Source: Callorhinchus milii
Lineage: Eukaryota
Reading direction: 5' to 3'
Length of the DNA: 64,000 nucleotides
Assembly (NCBI RefSeq): GCF_018977255.1
Contig: NW_024704743.1
Span: 5,210,001-5,274,000, forward strand
Part shown: positions 10,878 to 25,307 of the stretch, in pieces
How the letters are laid out: every line of letters begins with the position of its first letter
How positions within the stretch are numbered: the first letter of the stretch is position 1
Notes under the pieces: generated by a model
Seen by the model: only the letters and a program-made list of their open reading frames with translations
What the model was told of the DNA's origin: nothing
The model's database searches: none
Program-made: the position numbers and the translations under genes

Positions 10878-13800
10878 TAATGTCTCATCTGAATGTCGGT
10901 GCCTCAGCCTAATGCAGGGCTCCCCCAGTACTGCAGTGGAGCCTGTACTGTCAACTCAAGTCCCAATTTAGGATTTGAATCCATGACTTTGTGACCCAGA
11001 GGCGAGAGTGCTACCAACTGAGCCAAACTGACTCCTAAGTAGCAGCGGTTTGATGTACGCCGTGCATGCAATGACTTTATATGGTTCTATCATTGGAACG
11101 TTTTAAACTCGTTGAGGTAATTAACACAAATGCAATCGGCCCCCCCCCCAAACTGTAAATCATTACGTTCTCCCATCTCACTTTCAGTGCCTTGCTTTTA
11201 GTTCTGCTGGTTTAGTCCCTGCACTGTGTGCGAAAAGTTCACATACTTGGCTGCAGCTCAGCGCTGGGTTCATCAGTGTCGGCTTTCCTGTGGGGAACGT
11301 GCTGCGGACAGCTCAGGGGCCCTGGGGCCCTGGGAACGCTCTCCCGCCCCACCTCACAGCTCTCAGGCATGTCCAGCTCATTTGCTGAGTGCTTTTGTTA
11401 AACACTCACTTAAACCTGATCGGCTTGTTTATCACTTCTCAGCTATTTGCTTGTCAACAGGTGCTGTTTACACTCCTAAACATATACATTAACCCTTTTC
11501 AAGAGAAGTGTCTGGGAGCGCTCAGCAGGTCAGGCAGCATCTATGGAGAGAGGAAAGTGTCATCGACCTGAAACTCACTTTAATAGAGGGTAGGGGGGTT
11601 GACGTTATGAGTTAGTAGGTGATTAATACGAGTAGTGCAAAGGAATCTAAGTGGTTTTGATAGGAAACCGAATGGGACTTGGGTGGATGTATGATGATTA
11701 TACAATTTATAAAGATAAGCCTTATGCGAGTTTTACTGTAGTATCTTATCACGTTGCACAATCTCAAAATGCTTTACAGTAATGATTGTCACACGTAGTG
11801 ACTGTTTTTATAAGCAAACGTAGCAACCAATTTGCTGACAGTAAGGATGACTGATTTATCTGGAGAATTGTAGGCCAAGACACAGTAAGAAACTCTTTTT
11901 GAATGAAGTCATGGGATTGCTAACGTCCACCTGAGTGAGGGATATTGATTTGATCTACATCAGGGTTAACCTGCCTGTGCAGAGGGTGGCAGGGGACACA
12001 TGCACAGCCCACAACACAATGGTGATTTTCAGGTTGACCGTTTTCCTTGAAAAGAAAGTGATGGTGGCCTAAAGCCGTACTCTTGTCTGTCTGTGCCTCT
12101 CAGTGTCCAGCTGCCCTGGCCTCCAGCAGCCGCTTCAGGCTTTGGCTCAGCTCCACAGCAGCATCGATTTCCTATTTGGCCTCAGTCGCCTGATCTCATC
12201 CCATCTCAACATTGCGATCTGTAGTGCTGGCGTTTTAAAATGGCCACAGTTCCTATCCTAAAGACACAGAAACATTCAGTACAGAAGAAGGCAATTCCAC
12301 CCACCATGTCTGTGCTGCTGTCTAGTTTTCTAAGACACCCTTTTCTATTTAATCCCACTTTCAAATCTTTCTCCCTATAACGTGAGCAGGTTTACTGCTA
12401 AGGTGCTTGTCTCGTTGCTTATCTAGGTCGCCTACAACTACACAGTCACTACACGTCACAGCAAAATCTTGGCAAGCGTGGTGACTTGATATCGCACATT
12501 CAAGGGTTTTGAATGATCAAATCACAACGCTGCCCTCAGTAAGGCTTGTACTAGGCCTGGTTCTTGGCTGCACACTCATATCTTTAACCACTCAGCCACC
12601 AGGAGTCAACAATTCTGTGTTTATGTTAACAATCCCCACTTTACTTGCAGCAATGTTTGAAATTACCTTGCGTAAGCCTTCGCCCACTAACGAATGCTTG
12701 TAAAAAGCATAAATTCAAGTGCGTAAGCTGGCATCATTTATGTTCTGGAATGATTTATTTAATTCAATTTAATTGAATGCTGCTATATGGCTGCATTAAA
12801 TCTAAATTAAATTGAATTTAATTTTTCAAACGTGTTCAGTTTTCTGCAAACCCCTCTAACATTAGCAAAGGCATCGGTAATTAACTGTACAAATGTGCCT
12901 TAGGAGGAGGGAAGGCATCAGAAAATTAATTACTGTTTTACAGTTTAGTATAATTGCTTTTGACCAGAGATCTGATGTGGGAATGGTACGTTTTGCACAG
13001 AACAAGAGAGTTAGGAAGAAAAGAAAACATCCATTTTTATAGTGCCTAGAACTCTGAAGCATCTGACAATTGTTGTTCTATATGGTGTCTGTTTCATCTT
13101 GTAGAGAAGTCGTGTGCACAACAGGTCCGCCCCCCACAAACAGCCATGGGGTATGACTGTCCCATTCATAGAAGCAGACAATATCTGGACAAAAGGGGAT
13201 CATGGTGTCTGAGCCACTCGATCTCCAAACCACCCCTGTTTGTATTAATCCCACTTTGCGTTTCTTTCCCTCATTGAGAGGGATGTTGACCAGGACGCTT
13301 GGAGAAAACTCCCTTCCCTTTTCCAATAAATCACGGAATTTTAAAGCCCATCTGAACAGGCAGACGACAACAACACATTATATGTGTATTGTGCCTTCCA
13401 CGTCGGGAGAAGGTCCCAAGGCGCTGGACAGTCAGGGATTTGGAACCGAGCTGGGGGTTGGGATCAGGAGGGGTGGAGGGCAGGGAGGGCGGAGGGTAGG
13501 AGGGTGGCCGAAGGCATGGTTGAAGAGGAGGGCCTTGAAACGTGTCTTGAAGGAGGCAAGGGAGGGAGCACCATCTGAAAGTTAGCTGCTTCACTAATGC
13601 AGCATTGCCTTTCACTGCCTGGGGTGTCAGCCTAGTTACATTACAACAGCCTGGCTGCAGATCCTGAACACTTCTTTCTCCCTCCCATCCTCCCAAATTG
13701 GCTGAATGACATGGTTGCTGACCCTTGACCAACATGTTGTTTGTAATGGGAATTCTTTGCTGCATGCCTGAATGTGGTAACTGCAGTGAGTTGGAAATCT

Positions 13801-16800
13801 AGCTGCTCTCCAGGGCTCAGGCCAGCTCAGGTCCAGGAATAAAGCCGGCTCCTCTTTCCCCAATGCCTTCAACCACCAAAATGGAGAAAGCAAGCTGGAA
13901 TGAGGGGGGATCACTTTCAGTTTGTATGACACTGAGCGAAGCTCCTCCCCAGCCTCTTCCTTAACCATTTGCTGGCACTATCTACCCCACCAGGCTTCAT
14001 TCCTCTTGTTTTCACTTCATTAATATTAGTCAATTGATGCTTTTATGGTGGAAGGACGCTTCAAAGTGCTTCACAGGACTGTGAACACGGTGAACCTTGT
14101 GGGGACCTTCATGGCTGTTTGTGGGATGTCGCTGTGCATAAACTGCCCGCCACATTTGCCCACAAAATACACAGTCACTACACTTGCAACATATTCTGTA
14201 AAGTCCTCCCAACATGAAAAGTGCTGTTCTGTAAAGATTATTATTAGAGCATAAAACTTGGAAGCTGAGAACAACATAAGAAATGACATTTCATATAGTG
14301 AGGACGTCCCAGGGCCCTGAAAAGTCAATTTGCCCATCAAACACGCGCCCTCCTCAGAGCAGCGGAACCTAGGACCTGGGCATCTTTGGGGAAAAGCTTA
14401 GCTGTGACACTTCCCAAAGGAAACTACAGAATCCTCAACATTCCCTTTGCTCACTCCTGACCTCCTCCCACCTCAGACAACCTCTCTCCTCATCCAGTAG
14501 CATGTAAAACTTTGTCCCTCGGAGCGTTTGTTCATTTTCGTCCGCACTAATCCTTGGATCTGCTATTCCTGGTCTTCCACACATGTGCCTCCATGTGTTT
14601 GAAGGAATTGATCACAAGATCCCCAGATTTGTTTGGAAATGAAAAAGAAGGACATTGGCTGCTAATTTGATTTGAAACCACAGATTGAGTTTGAATGATT
14701 ACCTCATCAAGAACAAGAAGAAAATGTTCATGCCAGTACTGGGCAGTACTGTATATGGAAAGAATGGGCTCCCATAGCTTTAGTATACGTGGATTAAACA
14801 TGGCATAGAAATTTTCACTCAATTTTACAGCCAGTTCAGTACCTGTGTATTTGTTGTGTGTAAGACATAACATCTGACTTATGCGTAACTTTACAAAAGT
14901 CGTATATGATATGACTTATGCAAGTTTCACGTAACTCATACTTTGCATAAGCTGTATGAAATGTGTGGTCCCAACTTATACGACTTATGTGAGGTTTACT
15001 GTACTTTGTACAGCAAGGAGACAACTCACTTCTCCACTGATGGCTGGACTGCTGGATATTGTACTGACATGGTCTGTGGTTGTTTGGTAGTGTTATTTGC
15101 TGGAGTGTTTGTGCGGGTTGGTTTTGGCTGCTGCAGAGTGGTGGGATAGCACACAGGGTGCTTTGAGAAGTAGATTTGGTGCTTCGGACGCTCACACTCT
15201 TATTGTACCTCCGGGATGTCCAGCAGGTGGCAAACCATTTCCATTGTTTTATCTCCCACTCCTCTTTCCCCCCACTCTCGTACAACCTTGTTGTACCTGT
15301 CCACTCCCTCCGCTCAGCAGGCTCTGGCCTGCTTCACGTCCCCTGCCATCCCCCAACACCCCTCCACCATCAGCGGTTGGGCCTTCAGTTTCTCTGCCCC
15401 CAACCTTCGGAACTCCATCCCACAGTTCCTTCACCTTGCTTCCTCCCTTGCCTCCTTCAAAGCACGTGTCAAGATCCTCCTCTTCGATCGTGGCTTCGGC
15501 CACCCTCCTACCCCTACCCTCCCTGCCCTTCACCGCTCCTGATCCCAAAACCCAGATTGCGTCCCAATCCCTGACTGTCCAGCACCTTGGGACATCCTCC
15601 CGACGTGAAAGGTGCCGTGTAAATGTAATTCGCAGCGCGCAAAATGACAAAAAGAGGTGCGCCGGGAGTATTTTAAAAAGGTATTGTTGCACATTTTGCA
15701 ATTCTAACACTACAGGACTCTGAACCTGAGTAAAAACACAGGTAGTTGTGGGAAAATATTGCTTATGTGGCCCGCGGACGTTTCTCGGATCCGGTCACCG
15801 GCCCTCCACTGCCAGAAGGTTGGACCATCCTTAACTGTAATGATCAGAGTTCTTCTACTTTGTTGTTGGTATTCCTGTAGAGTATCACCCGGGTGCTCAC
15901 CCGCACAAAACTCCGTACACGCATCACACCAGTCCTTGCCAGGCTCCCCTGGCTCCCAATTACTGACCGGATCGATTTCAAGATTCTCTCACTCGTTTTC
16001 AAATCCTTTCATGCCCTCTCCCCTCCCTAGCTATCCGATCTGCTTACCCCCCCACTCCCCCACCCACTGCCTCTGCTCAGCTGGCTCCGGCCTCCTGTTT
16101 GTCCACCATTGGTGGCCATGCCTTCAGCCGCTGTGCCCCGAAACTCTGGAACTCTCTCTCCCCTTCAATCCCTCCACCTCGCCCCTTCCTCCCCACCTTC
16201 AAATTCTGCCTAAAGACCTTCCTTTTTGATCGTGCTTACAGCCACCTCCCCCTACGTCACTCCCTGGCTCGGTGTCAGACTCTGCCACTGTCAAGCACTC
16301 TGGGACGCTACCCCTAGTGAAGGACGCTATATAAATGCAAGTTGTTGTGGAGTATGGGTTTACGGTTCTTTCTGTTGTGTTAATGAACTGGGAAAGTTTT
16401 TTTTTCTCTTGGCTTAGTGTAGTTGACTTTGACAAACTTTGAGAACCCTGTTCTAATGGATAAAAGTTCAGTATCTGAGACGTAGCTTTGTGTGCTTGTG
16501 TGGTTTGGAGATTGTAGAAATGTGTGGCTTGAGCTCAGACAGCAGTGCAGATTTCTCAGCCAATGGGCTAAAACTGCAACTCTGCTTCTTGCACAGACTC
16601 GAGATTAAACGCTTTGTGTGTTGAAGCCCAGTTTGTGCAGAGACCGTCCGATCCTCTGCCTCAATGTAATTCTGCCCTTTATCTGTGCTGCACGCTGATC
16701 TCAATTGGTGAAAAGGTGCTTTGTGATGGCCAATCTCTCTATCAAATGCTTTGTTTGATGTGAATCCCCAGGCAAATCTGGGAGCCGTGAAGTGAGGGAG

Positions 16801-18124
16801 AATTGGTGATTCATAGCATTTTACAGGAGGAGGTCGCGGCCTCTCATTTATGGCCTGGCTCTTCGCTGCCTTGTTTAGATTATTTGCCCAGTTCCCTTTT
16901 AAACACTATTATAGATCCATCTTTCAGCTGTGTTTTAGGCATTGAGTGTCCTCCTAACTCTTTGTTTTTTGGAAATTAAGCATATGCCTTCTAGTTACCA
17001 GCTCACCAAACAGAGGACACTGTGCCTTTTCATATCGAAGACACACCTCAAAGCATTTCACAGGATTTTACTGTGAAACGTAGTGACTGTGCGTTGTGTT
17101 GGTGAATGCGGGAGCCAATTTACGCACAGGAATGTCCCACAAGCAGCCATGGAGTGAGTGACCAATTTTGTCTGGGGGACTGTTGGCCAGGACACCGGGA
17201 GAAAGAAACTCCCTCCTCTTTTCAAATAGCGACGCGGGATCTTTAACATCCACCTGAACAGGCACAGTCGACTTCAGTTTAAAGACTCATCTGAAGTATC
17301 ACACCTCAAACAATGCAGCGCTCCTTCAGCACTGCATCGGAGCGCCAAGCCAGACCGAGCTCAAAACCTACACAACTTGAACTTTTGACTTGAAATGTTC
17401 TTATCCCCAAACTAGTGAGCAGGTGGGTTGAGCTGTGTGTGCGGACTCGGGTGTTGGAGAATATCCTGTGAGTGTTTGCTGTCCCATCTTTTGAGCCCCG
17501 CAGAGGTCAGATTGCAGATTTCACTCAGCACACGTCAAACTTGTAACTAAAGAGGAAAACGATTTATTTCAGCTCTGGCATTGCAGAAATGGCAGCTGTG
17601 CCAAGCCGCAGTGCTCCACAGACCAGAGCTCCAGTCATAATTTGGCTTTGCGCAATTGGCAGCTTTGCCCATAAAATATACAGTCAATTTACTTTACAGT
17701 ATATTCTGTATATATACTGTGTATATATATACAGCGGTGGGGCCGGGGTGTGGGGGGGATGATGGGATAGGACCGGTGGGGGGGTGGTGGGGGTTGAAAA
17801 CCAGGTCTATTGATCATGTGACTATAGGTGTGCTATGACAAAGTTTGCTGTGATGAAATAATTGACCAGTTTTGGGAGGTGATGCTGTGAGGGGTATCTG
17901 TTCAGCATCCTCTGCGTGTGAACTTTTGTCTAAATGGTGGACAGAGTGATGACTCCTATTCTTGACAGACGTCACTGGCTCCCAGGACTCCAGGGAATCA
18001 ACTTCCAGATCCTCAAATCCCTTTGTTGTCTCTCTCCCCTACTACCAGCGGTGTCTCCTCCGGCCACGTGCTCCCTATTGCCTTTGTGAAGCAGGTTGTA
18101 ATGGGAAAGACAGTTTATTAAACA

Positions 18125-18315
18125 AGACAAAATACTGCAAGATGCTGGAAATCTGAGATCAAAACAGAAGTCGCTGGGAACACTCAGCAGGTCATGCAGC
18201 ATCTATGGAGAGAGGAAAGTGGGTTAACGATTCAGGTCGATGATCCTTCATCACTTTCCTCTCACCATAGATGCTGCCTGACCTGCTGACTGTTCCCAGT
18301 GACTTCTGTTTTTAT
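18125..18315. mobile_element. Penelope-like element terminal fragment in inverted (hairpin) arrangement
   Basis: Arms 18161-18221 and 18252-18312 are near reverse complements. Related fragments lie at about 11500-11575, 41210-41250 and 52690-52755. The Penelope assignment is recalled/inferred from the hammerhead-like core. Confidence 0.6.
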
Positions 18316-18854
18316 TACACTATATATTGTAAGTTGGTGGTGAAATTAGACGTGTAAAGCGTTGCTCACTGGTTAGCTGTAGTCTGGGCAGTGAGGGTGA
18401 ACAGAGACCTCCCTCAGCAGGCACAGGGTGATGGGCCGAATGGCCTCCTTCAGGGCTAAAAAGATTGAATTTGATTCTATCGTTCTTTAATCATCCCCAA
18501 TTGTACACTCGGTCCACTTCTGAAAGGTCTCCAGATCCAGCCTAGCAGCCTGCATTGCTTAGGTTCCTGCTTTAGTGAAGGAGACATGAGTGACATGTGT
18601 TCCCCTGAGCCGGGTTCCAAACAGGGTCACGCAAATCCATGGGTGCTTTATTTGGTTCATCTATCTGTCAATGCAGGGAGCTACAAGCTGAACATGGTGT
18701 AGACATGCTGCAGGGGAAGGCTGATGAATGGGAAGCTATAAAGATCCTCTGATTAGTACTTGAGTTGTGTGACAGCCTGGCATTCTCAACAACAATAACA
18801 AAATTACATTTTTAGAGCGCCTTTCATGTTGGGAGGACGTCTCAAAGCGCTGGA

Positions 18855-19315
18855 CCTCTCACCTCTGAGTCAGAGTTTGTGGGTTCAAGCCCCACGTCGG
18901 GAATTTGGAATCATAGTCTAAGCTGACATGCAGTGCTGGGGCAGTGTTGCATTGGTGGAGGTACTGTCCTTGGAATGAGATGTTAAACCGAGGTCCAGTC
19001 TGACTGTTCAGGTGGATGTTAAAGATCCCATGGCAAGATTGAGAAAGCGAATGGAGTTTCTCCCAGTATCCTGGTCAACAACAACATTTATATAACGCTT
19101 TTCACGTGGGGCAGCATCTCGGAGCACTTGAATCCCCCAAATAAAATCGGTCACTCGTTCCATGGCTGATTGTGGGATATTGCTGTTTGCCATTAGCTAC
19201 CACATTTGCCTACAAAATGCACAGACACTCCATTTCACAGTAAATCCCGTGAAGCCCTTGGGACAGCCCCTGAAGTGAAAGGGGGCGGATTCAAATGCAG
19301 AGATGATGATTATTG
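18855..19315 (+). mobile_element. Deu-domain SINE (family B; SacSINE1/AmnSINE1-like)
   Basis: Head ctctgagtcagagtttgtgggttcaagcccc and Deu-like core caggtggatgttaaagatcccatggca...tcctggtcaaca. Confidence 0.75.
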
Positions 19316-22300
19316 GATATTTTTGAAGCTGATTTTAATTATCTGCAGTGATATCTATTGGACTATTCCTCCCCTTTCCTCCATTATTTGTAAGTTTTCA
19401 AAAGCTTAATAGGAAACTGCCCTTGAACTGGTCCTTTGTTTGTCTTGGTCAGTCAGGTGTCTGACACACGCTGAAACCCATCACTATGCCAAAAGCAGAT
19501 CCAAACCAGACTCCGGATATTCCACCTACGCGTGGGAATTCTGTGACTTCTGATTTAAAATCTAATCTTGACAAATGGTTAAACTGTGTCACACTTTGGA
19601 GAGCAGCAAGCGGTCTGTTTAACACTGAGCGTCTACCTTTGATGGTGAGAATTCCAGCTTGTTGTGAAACGGACTGATTTTTAGGTGCTGTTGCTGCACT
19701 ATCCTGTCGGGGGAGCTGACAACACACAGCTACCTGAAGGCAATACTCTGCAGCCCCTCATTATCTATGTGAGGGTTTTGTCTGATACTTTGAATGGGAT
19801 GTAAGTAATTGGTCTGTGTCCATTATAAAAAAAATGCACAATTGAATTGATGGAACTTTAAAGTAATAATAATCCTTGCATTTGAAATAGTGCCTTATCA
19901 TGACAGTGGCTCATAGGGTTTTACAGTTTTACTGTAAAGTGTAGTGACTGTGTTTTGTAGGCAAATGTGGTCGCCAATTTGTACATAGGAATGGTCCACA
20001 AACAGACATGAAGTGAATGGCTTTTCATTTCATTTGGGGTGTTGTTGGATTGGGAGAGAGAAATTCTTATCTCTTTTCAAATGGCACCGTGAGATCTTTA
20101 ACACCCATCTAAACAGGCACAGACAGGACTTCAGTTTAACATCTTATCTGAAGGGTGGCATCTCCGACAGTGCAGTGTTCCTGCAGCAGTCCATTAGAGT
20201 CTCAGTCTAAATCATTTTTAATGCAATGAAAGTAATTGATCTGCAGTCCAAGGACTGAGCTGGTGGATTGTGTTTTTTTCCTCTCTCGCTCCCTCATCCC
20301 CTCCACTCCACCATCAGTGGCCGTGCTTTCAGGCAATATGCCTCATCGTATTCAGACTTTCATCTTCGACCGTGCTTTCGGTCACCAGGCTCATCATCAA
20401 GCCACGCTGCTGTTGAGCGCTGTGAGGCACTAGCTGCTTGAAGTCTGTAGTATAAATAATAATAATAATCCTTGCATTTGAAATAGCGCCTTATCACGCC
20501 TTTGAGACGTCTCAAAGCGCTTCATAGAATATACTGTAAAGTGAATTGACTGTATACTTTATGGTTGAAACACTGCAACCAATTGTGCACAGCAGTGTCC
20601 CACAAACGGTTGTGGATTAAGTCACCAAATTATTATTATTAAGGGATTATTACCCCTGGAAAAGCAATCCGCCAATACATGTTGTACATTTTTAATTCTG
20701 CCCTTTTCTCAATGTCACTTAATATCCCTACTTTCCTGTTAAACATCCCATTTAAATCAGTATATCTGATCTCTCAGGAGCAGCCAGTGCACAGTCTCTG
20801 CCCCAAGCTGTGAAACAGGTTCCTGACGCTACATTGACCTGTCTCAGCTCTCATTTTCAGATTGGATCCTCTTGTTCGGGATTCCCTGTTAGGGGGACGT
20901 ATTGTCCTGTATGTAATTGTTAAGACGCTTTATTATTTCAAACCTCTCAGATCACCCTTAACCTGCTCACGTCAGAGAATATAATTTACATTTACCCAGC
21001 TCTCATGATAGGCATGTTGGTTTGAGGGCATTTTGGCTGATGTCCTCCCAGCCCAATATAGCCTTCCTAAGGTTGGGTGCCCTAAACTGAACACAATGAG
21101 GTTTGACCAGTGCTCTGCACAGCAGGACTTCCTCTATTTTATAGTCGAGTTCTCTTATGATGGGGTTTCACTCTTGAATAGACTAATCGCTTGTAATCTT
21201 TAACAATAATGGTAATACTTATATTTAATACTTACATTCAATACGAAGCGCTCTGAGACGCCGTCCGGCATGGAGAGCGCTATATAAATCAAAGTTGTTG
21301 TTCAATACAATGCTTCATCATTTCAAATACACTCACAGCGCTTCATGCTACTGTAGTTACTGTTAAATCGAGTGACTGTGAGCTTAGTGGAAGAACTTAG
21401 CAGCCAATTAGCACACAGCAGTGTTTCCCGGACAGCCAGGGAGTGAGTGACCAATTAACTGTCAGATTATTGGCCAGGATACCAGGAGAGAGAAGCTCCC
21501 TTTTCGTTTTAAATAGTGTCACAATGTCGCTCCTCTTCCACTAGTCTCATCCGATCTTTAACACCCACTGAAGTAGGTAGAAACGCCTTTGGCAATTACC
21601 ATTATGAGCTTTCAGATCATTTATCAAGATGTACAGGTGGCAGCGTGGGAAGGTTATACAGCTAAAAGCACTGAATTGCTTAGAAATGTGAAGACAATGG
21701 GATACTGACACATGTGATAATACAGCCTTAACATGTCACAACACCTCAACATAAAGCACCTCACATGGAGTTGCTGCCAAATGTAGTGACTATGTACTTG
21801 CAGGTAAATAGACAAGCCAAATTGTGCACCACAACATCCCATATTTACAGAAACAATAATTTAGAATGTGATTCAGTGCCTTTCACGTCAGGAGGTCTGT
21901 AGGCAAATACAGCAGCCAATTTGGTCCCAGACCCACAAACAGCCACGAAGTGAATGACCAATTTTTTTTAATCTGGGGATTATTGGCCAGGACACCAGGA
22001 GAGAGAAACTCCCTTCTATTTGAATAGCGTCACAGGATCTTTAACATCCACCTGAACAGGCAGAGACAGGACTTTGGTTTAATGTTTCATTTCAAGAAGC
22101 ATTATTGTCACTTTACAGCGAGTCCTTTGAAGTTCTTTGAGACATGAAAGATACTAATTATTAATAATTGGTCATTAATGTCATGGCTGTTTGTGTCAGA
22201 TTGCTCTGAGCAAAACGGCTGCCATGTTTGGCTTACAAAACAGTCACTATATGATAATAATTGTTACAAAGTGCTTTGCCACGTTTTAAGGTGATGAAAA

Positions 22301-22722
22301 AAGCAAAATATTTTTCCTTAATCACTAACTATAACTTACCCTCGATAAAATAAATGATTGAAAAATCCTGTAAATAAAAGTCAAACTTATTTGGAAGCTT
22401 TGGGTGGAAAGCAGCGACACACAGAGGCAGCAGCAGCTTTACCTCGTGGCCAGGTGATGAGAGATGGGGATGGGCGTTCATTTGTTAGAGCGAGTGTACT
22501 TAATGTAGTGGCTGATGGAGGTACAGCTGGTAAATAAAGCACTGGAGGTGTGGGAAGTAATCAGCTGGAAATGGACTGTGAACAGAAGCAATAGAAAGGG
22601 ATTCAGCCGGAGAGATTGATGGGCTGTGCTGATGTTCAGCACAAGCTACGACTTGTCCACTTGCTGGGGAAATTAATCCTGAGCTTTAATCTGTCATTGC
22701 TCTTGCTGTCTCCACACTCCCC

Positions 22723-22754
<32 letters not shown>

Positions 22755-25307
22755 TACCTCCAGTAGCTGATATTTAGCTCGCTCGCTCTGGTCAGTTGGT
22801 CTCCTCAGAGACTCATTAAGCAGGTGGCAGCTGCTCAAGCGATTTTTTTGTGTGGTTCCATTACAAAGTTGGCACATGCCAAGTGTCCGGTTCTGTCGCT
22901 CGCTCCTGCCACCTGCAGCCCCTCCCACTCAACCCTCCCGCCCCCCAACCTGAAACCTCTTCCTTGTTTCTTCCCCAAAAGGGAAACTGATCTGTGCCCT
23001 GTGAGGCGCAGGACCTGTGTCTCACATCCTGGAAGGGTACACAGTGTCCCTGAGATGACTTTGGTTTTAAACTTAGTTGATGAACAAGCGCCGTGGTATG
23101 TTGTGTGAATGGAGCAGGGATATGTGAGTGGGGGAGCCTGGAGGGAAACTGTCAACAAAGATAAGTTGCGTTTACATAGCACCTTTCATGCGGGGTCTCG
23201 CAGCGTTTAACAGTGGTGAGAGGGGAGGTGACTGAAGGCACGGATGGAGAGGAAGATCTGCGGGTGGGCAAGGAGGGGGTGAGGCAGAGGGATTGAGGCA
23301 GAGAGTTCCAGAGTCTCAGTGGCTGATCCCTCGGCACTACTGGATACGGTATCCTGGGCCGACAATTCTCATAAAATAGTCATTCACTGCATGACGGTTT
23401 GTGAGAAATTGCTGTGTGCAAACTGACTGCCATGTTTCCCTACAAATCCACAGTCACTGCGCTTGACAGCAATTGCCCACAAAGCGCGAAGACGTTTTAG
23501 TGTTGAAGGCACTGTATCAAATGCAAGGATTCTTCTTACCATGTTCGACCCTGGCCTAGAAGCCTTGTTGTACCAACAATTTCAGGGCTGGGAGCTACTT
23601 GCTGGTTGTGATACAGTTGTGCCAGGACAGCCCTCCCCTCTGCTCAAGCCTGAGACTTTGCTCTCGTTGAAAGATTAGAAAGGTCTTTAAGCTTCTCTCT
23701 GCGCTCTCTCCTCCCCCCTCCCTGCCCCTCCCCACAGTGCAAATGGCGAAGCCAAAATCCACGGTTCTCTGCCCAAGTTGTGTGTCAGCTGAGCGCAGTA
23801 TAGACAGGACTCCATTGCCATCCAGTTTAGTTATACAGCTGCCTTGCCTCCAGTGCGGTGCAGTTCCCTGCTCGGTACAAGTAATCTATTGCGACTGTCA
23901 GATTGCAAAGCACTATCATTTTGTGCAGGTAGGTAAAATGTCAGAGACCGATCGATTGATCTCTAGCAATAATTATCAACAACTAGTCCTCTGCATTGCT
24001 TGAGTAAGTTTGAATGTAGTTGGATCTCAATCTTCCCCTTAATAGGCCTTTGACAGGTGCTCCGAGTGCCTTTGTCTTGTCCAACTGCATTGCCATTAAG
24101 TGGCATATTACAGGAAGGAGAGTTGCAAAGCAGTGTTACACGGGTCCTGGGCTATACTGTACATGGATTTTTGACAGCACCTATTCATCATCTCCCTGGA
24201 GTGCAAATGCGTTACTGCATTAAGGGGCAACTTGCGCATTAGATCCTTGCTGTTTGAGAATTTAACCCATTCCCAGCCAGCAGGATGTCAGTGCACTGTC
24301 AGCGAGCTCCGGGTGATTTGTGCTTTTCTTTAAGCTAATCGGTTTCATCTGAACAGGGGGACAGCAGGGCTGAGTTGATCCCCAAACCTCCAGCCTATAA
24401 TGAAGCATAAATCTGTGAGCTCCTTTTTCTGTAATTCTCTGAGACTTGGGTACAGAGCTACCAGTCTATTTGTTCCAAAGTGTTTTGATTCTGTTAGAAA
24501 ATTTGAGCCAAATGAAAAGGCAACCCAGACATTTCCCACCTTTCCTTCATTCTAAGCTTTTCGTTTGCTGCTTGTGTTGTTCGGTATCTGGCTCAGTGGA
24601 TAGACCTCTCGCCTTCCACTCAAAAAGGTTTGGGTTCAAGTCTCTTGTCTGGACTTGGGCTGACTTGGGTTGTCGGCCAGTACAGTACCATAGAACCGTA
24701 GAAATGTACAGCACGGGAGCTGGCCATTCAGCCCATTGTGACTGTACCTCTCTTTTAAAGGGCAATCCTTTCAGTCCTCGTTTCCTTGCCCTTTCCCCAC
24801 ACCCCTGTAGCTGACACTATTTAGAGTACCTGTCTAGTTCCTCTTGAAGCCAATATAGATTCTGCCTCGACCACCGCTCCCGGCAGTACATTCCATACTC
24901 TGTGTGTGAAAACATTTCTCCGAACTGTGATATATGCCGTGTCAGCGGGTGCTGTTTTACCTAGTTCCAAACATTGTGGTCCCCTTCCTCCAATAAACTG
25001 CGCTCATAAAGCCAGCATTGCTTTCCTTTCTCAGCCCAGCAATGGGTTTAATTAGGAGAATCTAATGAGATGGATTAATCCCGAGCTCTGACCTGTGTGG
25101 CTGTGATGTGTTGCTGGCTGATAACAGGGAGCTCACACTGTTGTATGTAATAAAGGTGCAAGCCCTCACTAAGAGGAGGATGTGCCTTTGGGAATGCAGG
25201 AGCCTAGGGCAGAGTTAGAAGCTGATAACCAGTGATTGTGGATTTCTTGTAGAATTTTTTCCTGCTGAAACTGTTATTACATAAATACTCTTCGGGTTTT
25301 TGTGTAG

